DNA from: Phoronis australis
Lineage: Eukaryota > Animalia > Phoronida
Assembly (NCBI GenBank): GCA_002633005.1
Contig: NMRA01000374.1
Span: 213,252-277,251, forward strand
Reading direction: 5' to 3'
DNA: 64,000 nucleotides
Of this stretch, positions 14,366 through 28,183 are shown piece by piece (the first letter of the stretch is position 1; each line of letters begins with the position of its first letter). Under the pieces are notes generated by a model. That model made no database searches. It worked only from the letters and a program-made list of their open reading frames with translations, and was not told the origin of the DNA. Made by a program: the position numbers and the translations under genes.

Positions 14366-15514
14366 CTCATTCCTCCCTGATCCCGCCTTATGGCGTGACT
14401 GTTTATTTTCACTCAGGGCCTGATGCCGTCTGGAGGCGTTATCTAAGAATGTATCTCACAGGCGGATCACGCCTTCAGGAGGGATAGAAGGCAGCAATTT
14501 ATTGGTTTAAGTTTAAATATATCTAGGGTATTCCCAGTTTTCTATCCAATGAGGATTGAGACACCATACTCTGTGTTAACTTCTTGTTTGTGAAGTTAAT
14601 GCCTATTGGCTGTTATTTCTGGAATTTAGAACCATTTCTTCACAAGCAAATTATCAATTCAAGGAAAAACCAGGAAGCGTGTTAACTTTGTAGTGGTTGT
14701 TGTGGTAACTTTTGAAAGATTATAAAGATATTCCTCCCTGAAATATAGTATGTTTGTTTGATTTGAAGACTAGAATGAAGCTAATTGCCCTGAATTGTAG
14801 CCTAATTGGTGTTACATAACACTGCTGTCACCACTTAATCATCTGCTAGGGTGCTCCTGTTTATTTTATTTGAACTGACCAGAAACAATAACAAAATGTT
14901 CAATTACTAGGAACATTCTACTCTGTGACTAGCACTGTGCACACACTCACTTGAAATTGCTGCCTTGATATTATACGGACATCATCTCTGCTGCTGTCTC
15001 ACAGTTCTTGAAGTTTTTATTATGGAGGATAGTGTGGATACTGATGACACTGGTCACATTTAGATATAGACTTCAGTGATTTTGGATATGATAGTGTGGA
15101 TACTGATGGCGCTCAGTGGTCAGATTTAGATACAGATTTCAGTGATTTAGTTTATGATGAGGATATGCTACACAGAAAACTTTCTTGACATGTTTTCTGG
15201 AAATTTAAATGGATTATTTGTAAACAAACGTCTTTGTTTCTGGAAAACAAAAAGTAAAACTACGTGTTCAACCCTTTATCAATATTGAACTTGGATAAAT
15301 TTTATATCAACATGAAGCTCATTTACTCAAGATGTATTGCTGAAAATTTGGTAAGTATATGTTTACTAATGACTGAGTGATGAGGTTTTAATTATGTGCA
15401 GTGCTTGTGACCTAGTTCGGAGTGAAATACCCTCGACTTCAAGGGGGTAGACATTCCACAGCTCAGCCAGGCCACTAAGCAATTTATTACATATGGTGCT
15501 CAGGGTCGAATGAG
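14366..15514. mobile_element. Non-autonomous TTAA-targeting TIR element (piggyBac-like)
   Basis: TTAA|CTCATTCCTCCCTGA ... TCAGGGTCGAATGAG|TTAA; internal ~60-bp tandem duplication at ~15028-15150. Confidence 0.7.
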
Positions 15515-16099
15515 TTAACTTTTGCGGGGACAAAAGCTATACAATCAGTTGAAATAAGTCGTAACAAGATAACGCAGCCTTTAAACAATGCTCACTTTTT
15601 AGGTTTCAGCCTCAAATCAGCGTTACGTAAACGAATGAAAACTTGTTCTGAATTATCGAACGTTCTAGAATAACATAAGGGCTTGTCCGTGTACACTAAA
15701 CACTTATTCTATAATAAACCCTCCAAACCATTCTCGATCAATCGCTTAAACCAGCCGACGGAGTTACAAAGACTAAACGTCAAGAATTTGAATGGCCACA
15801 AACCACGACCAGGTGCGAAAATGGAGTTTTCTCTCTGTCCTCTTCCTCCATGGGAACTTGAAAGTAGCCACTAGCCAAGCCAAGTCAAGCGACGAGAAAA
15901 ACGAATTACGACTCAACTGATGTAAACACAAATTTATTCACGGGAGTGGAAATGCATGTTTGGTTGTAACAGAATTCAATGCTCTAAAATCTATACAAAC
16001 TCTCCTACTTTTCTCACACGCAGAGCCCCATTATAGTTCTTCGTGAAGGAAGTTTTCAAGTCTGCCAGTCTCCTTTAAGAAAACAGACAGTTGTTTCCA

Positions 16100-16570
16100 T
16101 TTGTTGCCATGCACTATATGATGTAGGCATGTAACAGTACCATCCAGTAGGTTGCTCCTTAGCCTATAAAATCTGGGCAAGACTCTACCAGGTGTTTAGG
16201 GGTTTCTACTTCAGTATCACACACGGGACATACTAGGCTCCCCAAATGCCCAGTAATGTGTCTGTGTTGGGCTAGGTTACAGTGGCTCGTTAAAATATGA
16301 ATGACATGTCTTATGGCCAAAATATCTAGACTCAGAAGGTTTTTTGAACATTTTGGTTTGATCACGTTGGGAAAATAAAGTCTCTTTGTCTCTCAGCAGG
16401 AGTTAAGTGATGCCCACTACGCTGCTGTCCCAGTTGCTTATACTAATCCGCAGCATTCGGAAAGAAGAACAGACATCACATTAGATTTGAAGATTCTTTG
16501 ACTTGGGTGAGTAGGTCTTTGAGCGCCATACAAGCTTTAGCAAAGTGGGTGCCTGACGAGCTTACTTGAT
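16100..16570 (-). mobile_element. 3' fragment of a non-LTR retrotransposon (I/R1/Nimb-like C-terminal zinc finger)
   Basis: ILTSHCNLAQHRHITGHLGSLVCPVCDTEVETPKHLVESCP, a CCHC-type tail typical of RNase H-bearing LINEs. Confidence 0.6.
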
Positions 16571-16581
16571 GCGTGCTGTAA

Positions 16582-17773
16582 CCCTCTTAGTGCTGCAGGA
16601 TTAAATTTAATCCAAACCATTCCTACCCCTTGGCTGCTGCGGGATCAAATATGCGACCATGACCTTTCATTCATGTCCTATCTTGGGGGTCAATTTCAGC
16701 CAATTAAATACATTTATTTTTGCCCGGGTTCTTGTTGAGAACTTTGTCGACGAATGAAATTCCATTTTACAATTTGAATGGCGATTTTACCTTGAGTACT
16801 TCCCGAGATACGACGTGTCAAATAACCTGATTGGCCGGCGCTTTCTGACTGCCCGATGGTTTTAAAAATGGCGAGTAATAGAGGCGAGTACTTAAATTTG
16901 GAGCGTATTTTAGATATTATTGCACATGATTTGGATTCAGAAGAGGAATTTGAGGGTCCTGAGTTAGAGGATATAGATAGTGGCGACGAGGACAGTGATC
17001 TGGAGGCGGTCATTGACGAGTTACCGGAGGAATGGGTGCTCGATCGCGGCGATCAACCAGTGCCGATCTGGTGCGTAAATTTTTGTCAAGACTGTTGCAC
17101 GTCGTGGAGCGTTGTTGGACAATCGTCCTGTGGACTATTTCGCTTTATTTTTCACTGAGGAATTGCTGACATTGATGCGCGACGAAACTAATCGGTATGC
17201 CGAGCAATGCATTCAAGAACGCGACTTGGCAAGATACGCGCGTTTGTGAGACTGGGTTCCAGTGACAGTCGCCTATGTCAAGGCAGTGACGGCACTGCAC
17301 ATAGCGATGTCCATTGTCAGAACGCCAATTGTGGCACAGACAAAATGGATCAACTGTGTAGTTATTATGAATGGCCACATCGTACTCCTAAGTGGTACCA
17401 CAATGTTTACCATCACTTGTTGAATATTTGTGTCGCGAACTCTCGCATCTTATATCAGTCGGACAAGAATCCTGCGCTGGATGGTGTTGCGTTTCGACAG
17501 AAAGTAGTCGAAGGACTTCTAGCGGGATACAAGACCCAACCGGAAAGACAACCTCGTCCTGCTACAGCATTTGATGAATTCTGGCGTTCAGGTCGCCATT
17601 TTCTGGAAACTGTGCCCAGTGGATGCCGTCCGGATTGTGTAGTGTGTTCTGACCGCAAAGTCAAACGTCGTCAGGTGAACACTCAGTGCAAGCAGTGCAA
17701 GCTTGCAATGCATGCAGGGACTTGTTTTGAACGGTTACTACTAGTGCGAACCAATACTATTTCCATAACATAA
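16582..17773 (+). mobile_element. piggyBac transposon relic with most of the catalytic core deleted
   Basis: Left end (G)TAA|CCCTCTTAGTGCTG; acidic N-terminus, DYFALFFTEELLTLMRDETNRYA; abrupt jump to GTDKMDQLCSYY..KWYHNVYHHLLNICVANSRILY and the C-terminal Cys-rich CVVCS..CKQCKLAMH..CF domain. Confidence 0.85.
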
Positions 17774-18144
17774 CATTAGCTGAATATTTTAGTGAAAAAT
17801 AATGGTATTTCCACAACATAACAATTAGGTAAGTGTATTTGCAAAGACATAACAGAAGAACACTGTTAAAAATATTGTTTTTTGTTATAGAACAGCAGGT
17901 GAAGAATCTTCAAACTTGGGAAGGCAAGTTTTTCAACAAGCACCATTCATTTGGCAACAATCTACAACATAAACATAAAGGTGGAAACCATGCAATTAAC
18001 ATTTTTGCGAGGATATTTTATATTAGAAGACATCTGAACATAAAAGATAAATGCTTAAGATAGTTTGCAGTGTGAAAAATGAACAAAAAAAAAACTGTGT
18101 GAAGTTCTTTTTGGTGTCACAAGGTGGCGCTTTTCATAGGACAG

Positions 18145-19670
18145 TGCTCTTCAGTTCCTCCACTCGGGCTAACGACACTACCCAGGTAAGTAAGTTGTAT
18201 GACGTTTTCAGTCTCCTCATCATCAACATTATTTACTTGTATACGCATCATACAAGTCTCGGTGATGATGGACAGTCCTACTCGTTCAGCAGTCTCTGAC
18301 AATGCCGCTGTCCTACTCAAGTCTTCAAAGCGATGTGACATAAGTCATCTGCGTACTCCGGATCGTGTAATCGTTTCGTAAATGTTCATTAGATTCCTGC
18401 TGGTTTCCCCGAAAAAGCAAACCTGATATCCCTGTCCAGAACTACTAGGAACAGCAAAGGAGAGAGAAGACACCCTTGCCTGACTTCTGAATTAAAAGAG
18501 AACCGTTGATTCAGCTGTCCTTCATGCAGCCCCTGACATTTGAAATCTTCGTGAAGTCTTGTAACTAGTCTGACAATTTTCTCATGTATACCATAATGCC
18601 TCAGAATCTTCCTGGTAACGCTTTGGTCAATACTATCAAAAACCTTACGAAAGTCTATAAAATTAATGTAAAGCGAGGAACTCCACTTAATTGATTGTTC
18701 GATTATAATTCTTAGAGTTGCGATCTTGTCCGTACATTAGCACTCTTGGAGAAATTGTGCCTGTTCATCACAAAGTTTGGTGTGTACCGCGTCTTTAACT
18801 CTGGTTAGCAGCATCCTAGTGAAGATTTTGGTAGGAATAGAGGAGACTGATCCCCTGCCAATTCGTAGTGTGTGAAAGGGTTTCTTTCTTCGGCAGCTTC
18901 ACTAAAACTCCTTTATTCTAGTCCTCTGGAAGAGTTTTGTCTCTCCATATCTTGTTCAGCGGGTCATGTAGAATGGCCTCCCTTACTAATAGCTTCTTGT
19001 GGTATATTACCTAGTCCGGTGCCTTTCCTGTTTTCATAGCCTTCATGGCGCTTTGTATTTTAGTTCTGCGGATGTCGCCGGTCGATATGTCTAAATCTTC
19101 CACTGCTTCTTCTGGTCGATGGGCGCGGAATTGTCCAACACGCTAGAAAAATGGTCTCTCTAAAGCTCCAACTGTTTCTGCAGACCAGCAATATGCGTTT
19201 TGTCTTCATCCTTGATAGGCTTAGTTCAGTTGAAACGTCCCCGCTGAGCAGCTTCATTGTAGAGTAAAGGGTCGTGATATCGCCTTTCACTGCAGCCTCT
19301 TCTGCCTTTGTTGCAATCTCCCCAAGGTGCTGACTATTGTATTTTCTGATGCACTGTTTAACTACCTTATACTTCTGTTGAGCATTTTGGTTCTGCAGTC
19401 GTGTTTTTGCATGAAGGAAATTCTTCTTTATTAGGCATTTCCGTTGTTCAATCCTTGACAATTATCATCGGTCATCAACGCCTTTTGGTGCTTCCTGGGC
19501 TCACTAAGTGGCCCTTTGCATGCTCTTTTTAGCCTAGCCAACATCTGTTGGAGATTTGGATCTGGGTGCTAAGTTTTAGTGCCTCGAATTTGTTCCCAGG
19601 AGTAAGTCAGAATCCAGGTCGGCTGTCATTATCCTTGAGTTTGTCTACATTGTACTTGGTCCAGCTGAGA
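18145..19670 (-). mobile_element. RTE-clade LINE reverse transcriptase fragment, degenerate
   Basis: ISLLSIPTKIFTRMLL, IATLRIIIEQSIKW..LYINFIDFRKVFDSID, VRQGCLLSPLLF, EYADDL, LTYLGSVVSPSGGT, with stops and frameshifts. Confidence 0.85.
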
Positions 19671-19985
19671 AATCGGGAAACGAATTTAGCTAATTTTGAC
19701 CGTTTCAAAAATCACTAAAAGTACTCATCTTACGGTGCACTAAAATAGACAAAGAATTATCAAAATCTGTCAAATTTACATGAATAAAATAGTAGGTCAC
19801 ACCTGATCAGTAACACAGGTTGAGTGTTTCAACGTTACTTGCACTGTTCGAACTAACTCTTGAAATTTTGCTAAAACTCAATTGCCGCTAGGTTCAAAAC
19901 TGGCCAGAAACAAATGGTATCCATGGAAGCAAAAGGGGGCGTTTTGAAAAATAATAAAGGTGATCTGGCGTCAGTGGGCCCAAGC
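19669..19985 (+). repeat. Interspersed MITE-like repeat (second copy at ~40910-41305)
   Basis: TTTGACCGTTTCAAAAATCACTAAAAGTA, GGTCACACCTGATCA and GGTATCCATGGAA occur in the same order in both copies. Confidence 0.75.
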
Positions 19986-20659
19986 TCATTACACATACAT
20001 CTGTGAACATAATCGTTAGTTTTCGTATTTCGAAAAAAGAACAACACAAGCAGGCACACAAACTGAGATCTCTTGTTTATCTGTACTGACTAATATTTAT
20101 CTACATGTAACATGTGTGTAATGGCCTGGTCTCAATATTGCGCTCCCCAGAAATTCGGCAGTTTCCGTAATGGAATCCGTCTGTAGTGTAGGGAACATTT
20201 GTCGAATGATAAGTGATGATACACATTGATCTATCCAAGACAATAGTTACGGTGCCCGAGATTTATCACTCTTGTGAAGGAAATAAACGAAATGCAGTTT
20301 TAATGAAGCAAAACAACTAATTAGTGACCAAATCTATTTTCTTTATTCCTTTTCATTACTTCATTTTTGTTGTGACAATGTGAAAAGGCAAATCGTGCTT
20401 CTTGCTACTGCGTAAAATATCATGCAACACCAAAGGAATGAGAAAATTGACGTTTCTTAAGTAAAAGTAAAAAATATGGGTAATTTGTTTCGTTCAAAGA
20501 TGCTGAGTGACAACTAATCTAACAAAGGTTACATTTTTGACCATTAGACGTTGCATGGCACTCAAGTAGTCAAATCAGTTGAGTGTGTTTGGCCTATAAA
20601 TTCGCAGAATACACGCACGCTCATGCATTCCTTGGGATGCTTCAACAATGCGTGCTCTT

Positions 20660-20800
20660 TTACAAGCATCCCAGCACATCAGCCCTCAGGGTGGCCCAAC
20701 CATGCCAGGACATAGGATAAATCAAAACGTGGTCTGCTTCGATCGGAGGCGAAATGGTGTTCACCTTCAGGGTGTCAGTATCGAAGTTTCCCTGGAATTC
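20660..20800 (-). CDS. Terminal exon of an F5/8 type C (discoidin) domain protein
   Basis: Acceptor ..TGTTACAG| then EFQGNFDTDTLKVNTISPPIEADHVLIYPMSWHGWATLRADVLGCL*, the canonical FA58C C-terminus; AATAAA on the minus strand at ~20342-20347. Confidence 0.85.
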   Translation of the reverse strand, partial: EFQGNFDTDTLKVNTISPPIEADHVLIYPMSWHGWATLRADVLGCL

Positions 20801-21612
20801 CTGTAACAGATGATTTTCAAATGATATGATCGGCGAGAATCCAATGAGCAAAACACGGTAACTTGAACAGCAGTGCACGAATTTATCTCAAATAACATCA
20901 GCAGAGCCTTTTCATTAAATTCACTCGATTTTCAAACATGAATGTGTTTTCTTTTGCTTTGACTTTCGCAAAAATCTGCGAGACCATACAATGATCCTCG
21001 ACTTCCCTGGGTGTTGATCTGTATGATTTTCAGGTATTCACTAACTCGTGAGCTCAGTTTATCCGGCAATTAGAGCTCAGGTAAGACATCGAGCAACTGG
21101 GTACCCTGGTAATGGCTAACCTTCCAAAAATCAAAAGCTAGCAGGTAAAATAAAAGTTAATTTGGCTATTTAAGTTACGAAACTGAATTTTGCATAATTA
21201 TGCCGCCGTCGGACCAACGGAGATCTTTCGAAATATTTTTGATACTGAATTATTGAATCTCTATCGGTTTTAAGAGACTAAGTAAAATTTAAATCAACCA
21301 AAAGAACTGAGAAGCGTCATCGTAAGACAATTTTAAACTTTCGCTCAAAATCAAACAACTGTAATCAGAGGACAGGGAGAGGAGTGCAAATCTACTCGGC
21401 TGTCTACCAAGCTCGGCATTTCTGGAAATGCTCAGTCAACTCCTATGCTTTTTCATGAAAGTTCATTTAACAATAACCAGTTGACAAGATTCCCCAGGGA
21501 TTAGCCACTCAAAGCCGTTTTATACGGGGAAAAACGAAATGAAAATTGTGTTAAATAGTCAAATAAAGAACTTTTACTGAATCGTGGGTATTGCACGAAA
21601 ATATGTTGTCAT

Positions 21613-22017
21613 AGGGCCGTCCCGAATTAAACAGCGACACGCAAATCTGTATGTATTTACCCGCAACGCCGTAAACATCCGTCTGGCACATTTGCTGTCT
21701 CGTTTTCGTACCATTGGAGTTTCACATGTCATTTGCTGTTGTCTGATTCTTTACAAGTTTTTCTTGGTTCCATTGCTCTACCCGACGTAACAATGCCAAC
21801 GAAGTATTGCTTCTGTGCTGTTCGCGGGCAGCACTTCGGACGTGAGAACGTTTGATAAACCTGACAAATATCCGTGAATGCGTCATGTGAAATTCTTCAC
21901 CTTCCGCGACATCAACGAGATACACGAAAATGTGCCTGATTTCCAAAACGAGGTCACGCACTTTCTTATCTAAAGGACGAAGGAAAGGTCTATGGCCGTG
22001 TAATCCGGGGCGGCCCA
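21613..22017 (+). mobile_element. ISL2EU/Harbinger-like MITE with a THAP-domain relic
   Basis: TIR GGGCCGTCCCGAATT / AATCCGGGGCGGCCC flanked by AT; frameshifted MPTKYCFCAVRG..TSDVRTFDKPDKYP*MRHVKFFTF from ~21793. Confidence 0.6.
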
Positions 22018-23563
22018 ATTGAAAACGTCTTTAACAGTCCTATTTTAATCATTGACTTAACATCTGGTTAAGAATTAAGTTTCCTTTAGTCAAAAACCAG
22101 TCGCACAGGAAATGACGCACAGTATATATCTATATCTATCAATGTGTGTATGTGTGCGAGCGCGTGCGTGTGAATGAATATATGCAAAAAAATTAGATGT
22201 CAGTGTAATTCGGTAGCAGTTTTTCATGGACACTAAGAGACATAACGTAAAACAAGTTAAATTAGTTGCTATATTTCGAGAGGAAATGACTCAACCTCAG
22301 GCAATAGGTGAAATGGATGGGGAGGAAACGAAGATTTGAGTTTTTGCTATTCGCTTGTCACTCCGCAATTTGTATTTTAACCTACCGGTGAACTCATGGA
22401 CTAAAGCATTCACTGGGCTCATTGGCTAACATTTGGGACATAAACTGAACTCACAAGATGGCAGACGATTTGATTCGTTGTTCTTAGAGGAAGGTAAAAA
22501 AATGAATGGTAACTGGTAAGACCGTTTGCGGTTTTCTAAAACGTGTCAATGGAATTTTATTTCGTTAGTACTAACACACTGAACAAAAAAATCTTCATTC
22601 TTTTGTTTTATATCACCAAGTGGTGAAAAACCCTTCGGTGGAACTCCAGCTATCTTTAAGACAGAGCTGAGTGTTGGCTACGTTAACGGGCGATCCTTCC
22701 CAAAAAGCCTTCTACTGGAGTCACTGTCCATTACCCTATATGTTGACCACTTCTAACACCAAAAATTGATTGCTCGGCAGAATATTTTATGAGTTGCAAA
22801 TTAGCAACTAAGTATGAAGGTTTTGCAAAATGTTTTTGAAATGATATATCGGCTCCGTAAATCTTACAATTGTGATCGGTTGATACCAGGCTCAATAAGT
22901 ATCAGACGGTATGAACGTTCCAACCCTGAAACCGAAAATTCAAGAAACTGACTCGGTGACTGAATTTGTTTGAGCACATTTTTAGTTTCATTTGCATTTC
23001 TGACACATGACAAAATTTTAATTACATCGTTTTGAAAGTTTCAGTGAATGCTAATGAAAATATTGTTTTCGACACTGACGATGACATAGTTTACAACCAG
23101 ATTAAGTTTTTCACGTGCCTCAATCGGTATCCTGGCTTCGCTAGTTCAGTAGGTGGGCCACATTGGGAGTTCCATAAAACTTCCGGTTGCTGAGCTTGAG
23201 GCAATTGGAATCAAAATTTTGAATAAATAAAATCTATAGGCAGCAATGTGCGAGACTGATTTTGTGAGTTCTTGCTGGATGTCACCACAATGGAAACTTT
23301 GACGAAGGCAACTTAAGGAGGCTCACATTCGCCACTACTCGAGTCGGGTACTCGAAACCCCCGGACGGTCACAGAAGTCCATTAAGACTTAGCTCTGCTG
23401 GAAGTGGCGATAGAAACTTTTTTATTCGTCCCATTGTATTTGTGTTTTTGTTTGTGTTTGAATCTTATTGGGCAAACCACACCTTTTCACGTTTGATGGG
23501 ACCCATTTGATTTCGCGTTATACATCGTGGCTTAGTTTGTATGATGCTTGTGTTGGGATTTAA

Positions 23564-26500
23564 GAGCAATTTCATATAAAACCAGATGGTGGGCTATATA
23601 TGCAAAAACCATTTTTTTTTGAAATTCAGCACATCAGCTGGCCTTGTCAAAAGAAACATGATCCTGAGTTTCCGAGTTTTTAAACCCTTTTTACGACCTC
23701 TTTGTACTTTTTCTGAAAAATAGCAAATAACAGTACTTGGAAGTAGGTGACATTTTGTCAGCAACAACACATCATCGCTTCACGCTATAGAAAAAATAAC
23801 TATATATCAGAAAGGAGAAAGAATAACGCACAAGAAAAACTAGTTCGGATGGATTTATTGATTTTTTATGTCCTCCCATTTTAGCCTACAAAAATTTCAT
23901 TTCCACTGCTTGTTGTTAAGGCCATTTTACGCATTTTTATCACTCTCCCAAATCTATATCGGATTCTTTTGGAACATGAGTTAACTTCCATCTTTTACTG
24001 CTGTCTTTGTTCAGCCCAACGCAAGAATGTAAAATTTTGTCTCTTTCATAGTTTTTTACATAACTCACACACTTTTCTGCCAATCTGTGACTGTCAGTTT
24101 GATTAAAAGACTCTAGGAGGCGCTACTCGATTGTGCAATTATCTATCGACCAAGATGCCAAATAGAACAAATATCATTCGTTTTGTTACATCAGTGACGA
24201 AGGAGATCATTGGAAGCTGTATGAGCGATTTTTTCTTCGCGGATTTTCAATTTTGCTGGTGCAAAAATAAAAATTTGTTGTAGGATTACAGAAATCAAAA
24301 AAATCAATTTTAATGTACTTATGAGTTAATAATACAGCCACATCACCATCTCATACTTCAGGGTGCCCATTACCCATTGCTTGGCCAGTTTTCAAACACC
24401 GTAATTGACTAAGAATCCCACGCACTGCCTGTAGTGCATGTTGGTCCATTTTCAGACCTCCTGGACAAATCCCTGTATATGCGCTTGAAAAAATCCTCTC
24501 AAACTATTAGCAAAGTTCATACTAAAACTAATCAAGATCCTGATCACACGTGAAAAGAAGACGGTGGATACGAGCAGAAGTGTCGTGTTATTGGACATAC
24601 AAAGTGTTACGCAATGCTTCTTGTACTACACAAAAGCGGCCGAGCATGGTGGCAGTGCGCCAGTGGAATTTGCAATTTCAAAAAATAACAGGTACGGATA
24701 TTTACGATTGAAAACATAATACTTTCAGTTATATCTAAGATACCGGCTTTCCAAACCAGTATTTAAGCAATTGGGTGTTGTTGCGACTTACCAGCTAAAA
24801 GTTTCACAATATGTAAGTTCCGTTCATGCAGCGGACTCAAAACCACAGTTTCTTGAGAGTATGCTGGATTTAGTGTTTGATGCATTTCTACACAACACTT
24901 CAAAAAACTGCATTTTGTTTGTAGAAAACAAGAGCTACTCCTTTAAAAATCTCAGTAGTTCCAATAGAATCAATCATGTAAAAAGTATGCGTTACGAGTC
25001 TCAAACTGAACATCAAACAAAAAAACGCTAGTAAAAAGTGACAGAAGATTTCAACGTTCATAATCAGTGGCTTGGATAATTTTCCCCAAACGGCCACCAC
25101 TCAAATCTCTCCCCCATGGACGACCCTAATTTGCGTCATCTTCCATTTTTCCCCAATTTCGCCCAGGGTGGACCCCAGTCCCTAGCTACGATAATGATGA
25201 CCACAACAATATCGTAATAATAGGCAACAACTAAAACATGTTCATAATTTCCTACAGTTTATGATAATAACTCATTCATGACTTCAAGCTCCAACTCATT
25301 CATTGAGGCAAACTCGTGGGCAGCAGCAGCATCAGCATCTTCAATATTCTGAATATTTCCGATTCGAGACGCGGCAACCGTGACCATAGGGAAAAAAATC
25401 CAGCAATCTGCTACTCCGACAGCCACTCTTCAGAGGAGAAAACCTTTCTTTGCTTATTCCTGGCTTCTCGCATCATCTTTACAACCTCAGTTGGCTGTTG
25501 TTTTCTGCCTGACTGTTCACCTTCAGAAAATATATCACTGGGTTAAGTCTTTACCTTCTCAGAGAAGCGGACCGCTTTTCTGGTACTTTTAGGGTCCAAT
25601 CCTGCGGCGACTTGATCAGCAACGTAAACGGCAGACAACTCAGGAGATGATACAGCTCTGATAGTAGATAAAATCTCAGATTGTCTTGAAATGTGGTCGA
25701 ACTGAGTCTCGTTCTGGAGGGATGATGAATGAGCACGAACATCCAAGTGCTCATTTAGCTCAGCATCTGTAGGAAAAGATTTCGAGCACCCATAGTGAGT
25801 GCATGTGAACTTCGTATGACGTTCACGGGATACCAGCCCCGACTCAACCCTTGGAGTTGTAAAACACTCGTGTGTCGCTAGGTCGAGACTTTTCAGAGGC
25901 AACAGTTTACATGACTTGTTGATGACAAGTTTTCCCTCCCCTACTCTATGGGCCTCCCATGCTCGAATGCCATCTGCGGAATACTCAAAGTTTGTCAGCA
26001 AACTTATATCCCTGGGATATTCTGCTTGGGAAGGACCTTTGGGGCATTCACACTACAGGCCGACACCTAACAGCCTTTGACATCTCCTCTAGACTCTAGC
26101 GCATGTTTCAGGTCGACTGCATTTTGAACGTTGTTGCCTTCGTTGACGAAGTACTTGGCATGGGACTTCAAGGGTGCGATTTTCCTGTCACAGATGTCTT
26201 TTCCCTTCTGACTTTCACTGAAGTCGTAGCACAGAATGGAGATGCCGGTGTTACAAGATATGTAGAACAAATGAATCAGAAGGGCGGCTGAATGGTAACA
26301 ATTGGCATTGTTGGAGCGTAGGAAAGCTTCCATTATTTGTGGATCCCTAGCTTTCACCTGCCTTATAGCTTAGCACATCTACCGTTAAACAGCAAACAGT
26401 GAAAAAGTCTTGCTTGCAGGCATCTAGAGTATGGATGTAAGTATGTACCTGAAATACAATAATTATGTAACTCAAATAGGTCAGCTAGTTTAAAGAACTA

Positions 26501-28183
26501 CCTTATTATATCTTATTATCACCTAAACCCGCAATCACATCACTCAACTTCAAACATGGTTCGTCTCAACACGTTATTATATCAGTAGCTCCTTCAAAAC
26601 ATTTCTAGGGAGGGAGGAAATTTCCCCTTCACAAAGGTATGAAAATCATACATAAGTACAAAATGGCGTCAGTTAAAATGAAGGTTTGTGTGCAAAATCT
26701 ACTAAGAGACAAAGAATGCATCACTGTCAAGCTTTTGTTGGGAAATGGCAAGAAAAAAAATAGATATTAAGTGCACACTCCCTGTATCTTGTACTGTTAT
26801 AGTAAATCAATATACTAAAAAGAGGTAAAGGCAACAACATTGTTCATCACTGGCTTTCTGTTTAATATTGATCACATCTGAGAATTACTTTGTAACACCT
26901 TGAATACTAATTGAAGATTTATTTTTACCTGATGGCTTTCACCTTTCTTTGTGATACAAGCCGCCACGTGCCATAAGATCCTTTTTTCCAAACCAGTCGG
27001 ACTGTGCTTCACGGAAACTGATGGGTATGAACTTCATTGCAAAATCCATTACAACCAAAACTTGGTGTGGGGTGAGAGATGACATCAGATCCTGTTTTGC
27101 TTGTTCCTGGTTTATCCCTCTGACATTATGCTGTGTGTTCTTGATAACAGCACGTCAATTTTTGTCTAAAACTAAGTCCAATCTCATGTCGATGTATAAA
27201 ATATATAACGGCGCATTTCCATTGGTTTGCCAGTCCAACCTCCTATCTTCAGCTCTGGCAAGAATCAGCTGTAATTCCGATATACTTTCAAACTTCTGTG
27301 GCACTTTGCACGACCTCAGATGACTTCTGACGTCTTTTACACAGCTAATGAAGGCAACATTTCCTTCGCGATCACACTTATGTAACGAAAATTGACCAAA
27401 TGTACAAGAAGGAAATTCCTCCATATTCTTTGCAGTGACAGGAAGTGCATGTAATCTCGAACCCTTAAGTGCTATTGGTGAAGTTCAACAAAGCATGGAG
27501 TGTTTTAGAAAATTGGGGTCTCAAAAGTGAAATTTAAATTTTTGTGATATTGCATTGTTCATGTTAGATCATATATTTTAAGTGATATCTCTGAATTAAA
27601 AGAGTAGCCTCAATTCTCTTGTCAGTTAGAGTAAAGCCACATCACAAAAATCCCCAAATTCGAGGGTCACGTTTAAAACTAAATGTATAAGAGACAAGTT
27701 TTTTTAAAAGCAATTATCAAAGTTCAATCTTAGAAGTGTCTACAAAGAGAATTTCGACTTCAAATATATTCCGATATAGCAGGCAGGTTAAGCAACATCT
27801 TGCCACTTGTGACTGGCCTGAAAAGTGGTCTCGGAGTTTTCCCCCCTGCTGGAAATTTAATTGTACCTATGAGTTGCAATTTTCATTTTCTTACTAACCT
27901 TACATAAGTCTTTATGACCATCAATGTCAAACTTTGTCACCAGTTTTTCAAGTTTGATTTTTTGCCGTTCAAAAAATGCAGTTTTACTGACATGAAAAAA
28001 TGCAAAATATGACTTTATAGCCAAATAGATCAAATCTCGGTAACCAAAGGTCATTGATTGCAAATATTGAAGCAGTGTACTTTGGGCCAGCATCCTAACA
28101 CATGCACAAAGCATTAGTTCTGTATGAATTTTTGAGTATATAGTGATTTTTCATTTTCATATGGTTTTTATATGGAATCATTC
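23564..28183 (-). mobile_element. Sola3-like DNA transposon (copy B) inside the discoidin gene intron
   Basis: TTAA on both sides; degenerate TIR GAGCAATTTCATATAAAACCAGATG vs GAATGATTCCATATAAAAACCATATG; transposase pieces CTFG..C..SELQLILARA (27424-27155), AFLRSNNANCYH..FSESQKGKDICDRKIAPLKSH (26357-26067), C2H2 finger FTCTHYGC..HLD..H, RFSEKVK..FSEGEQSGRK. Confidence 0.8.
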
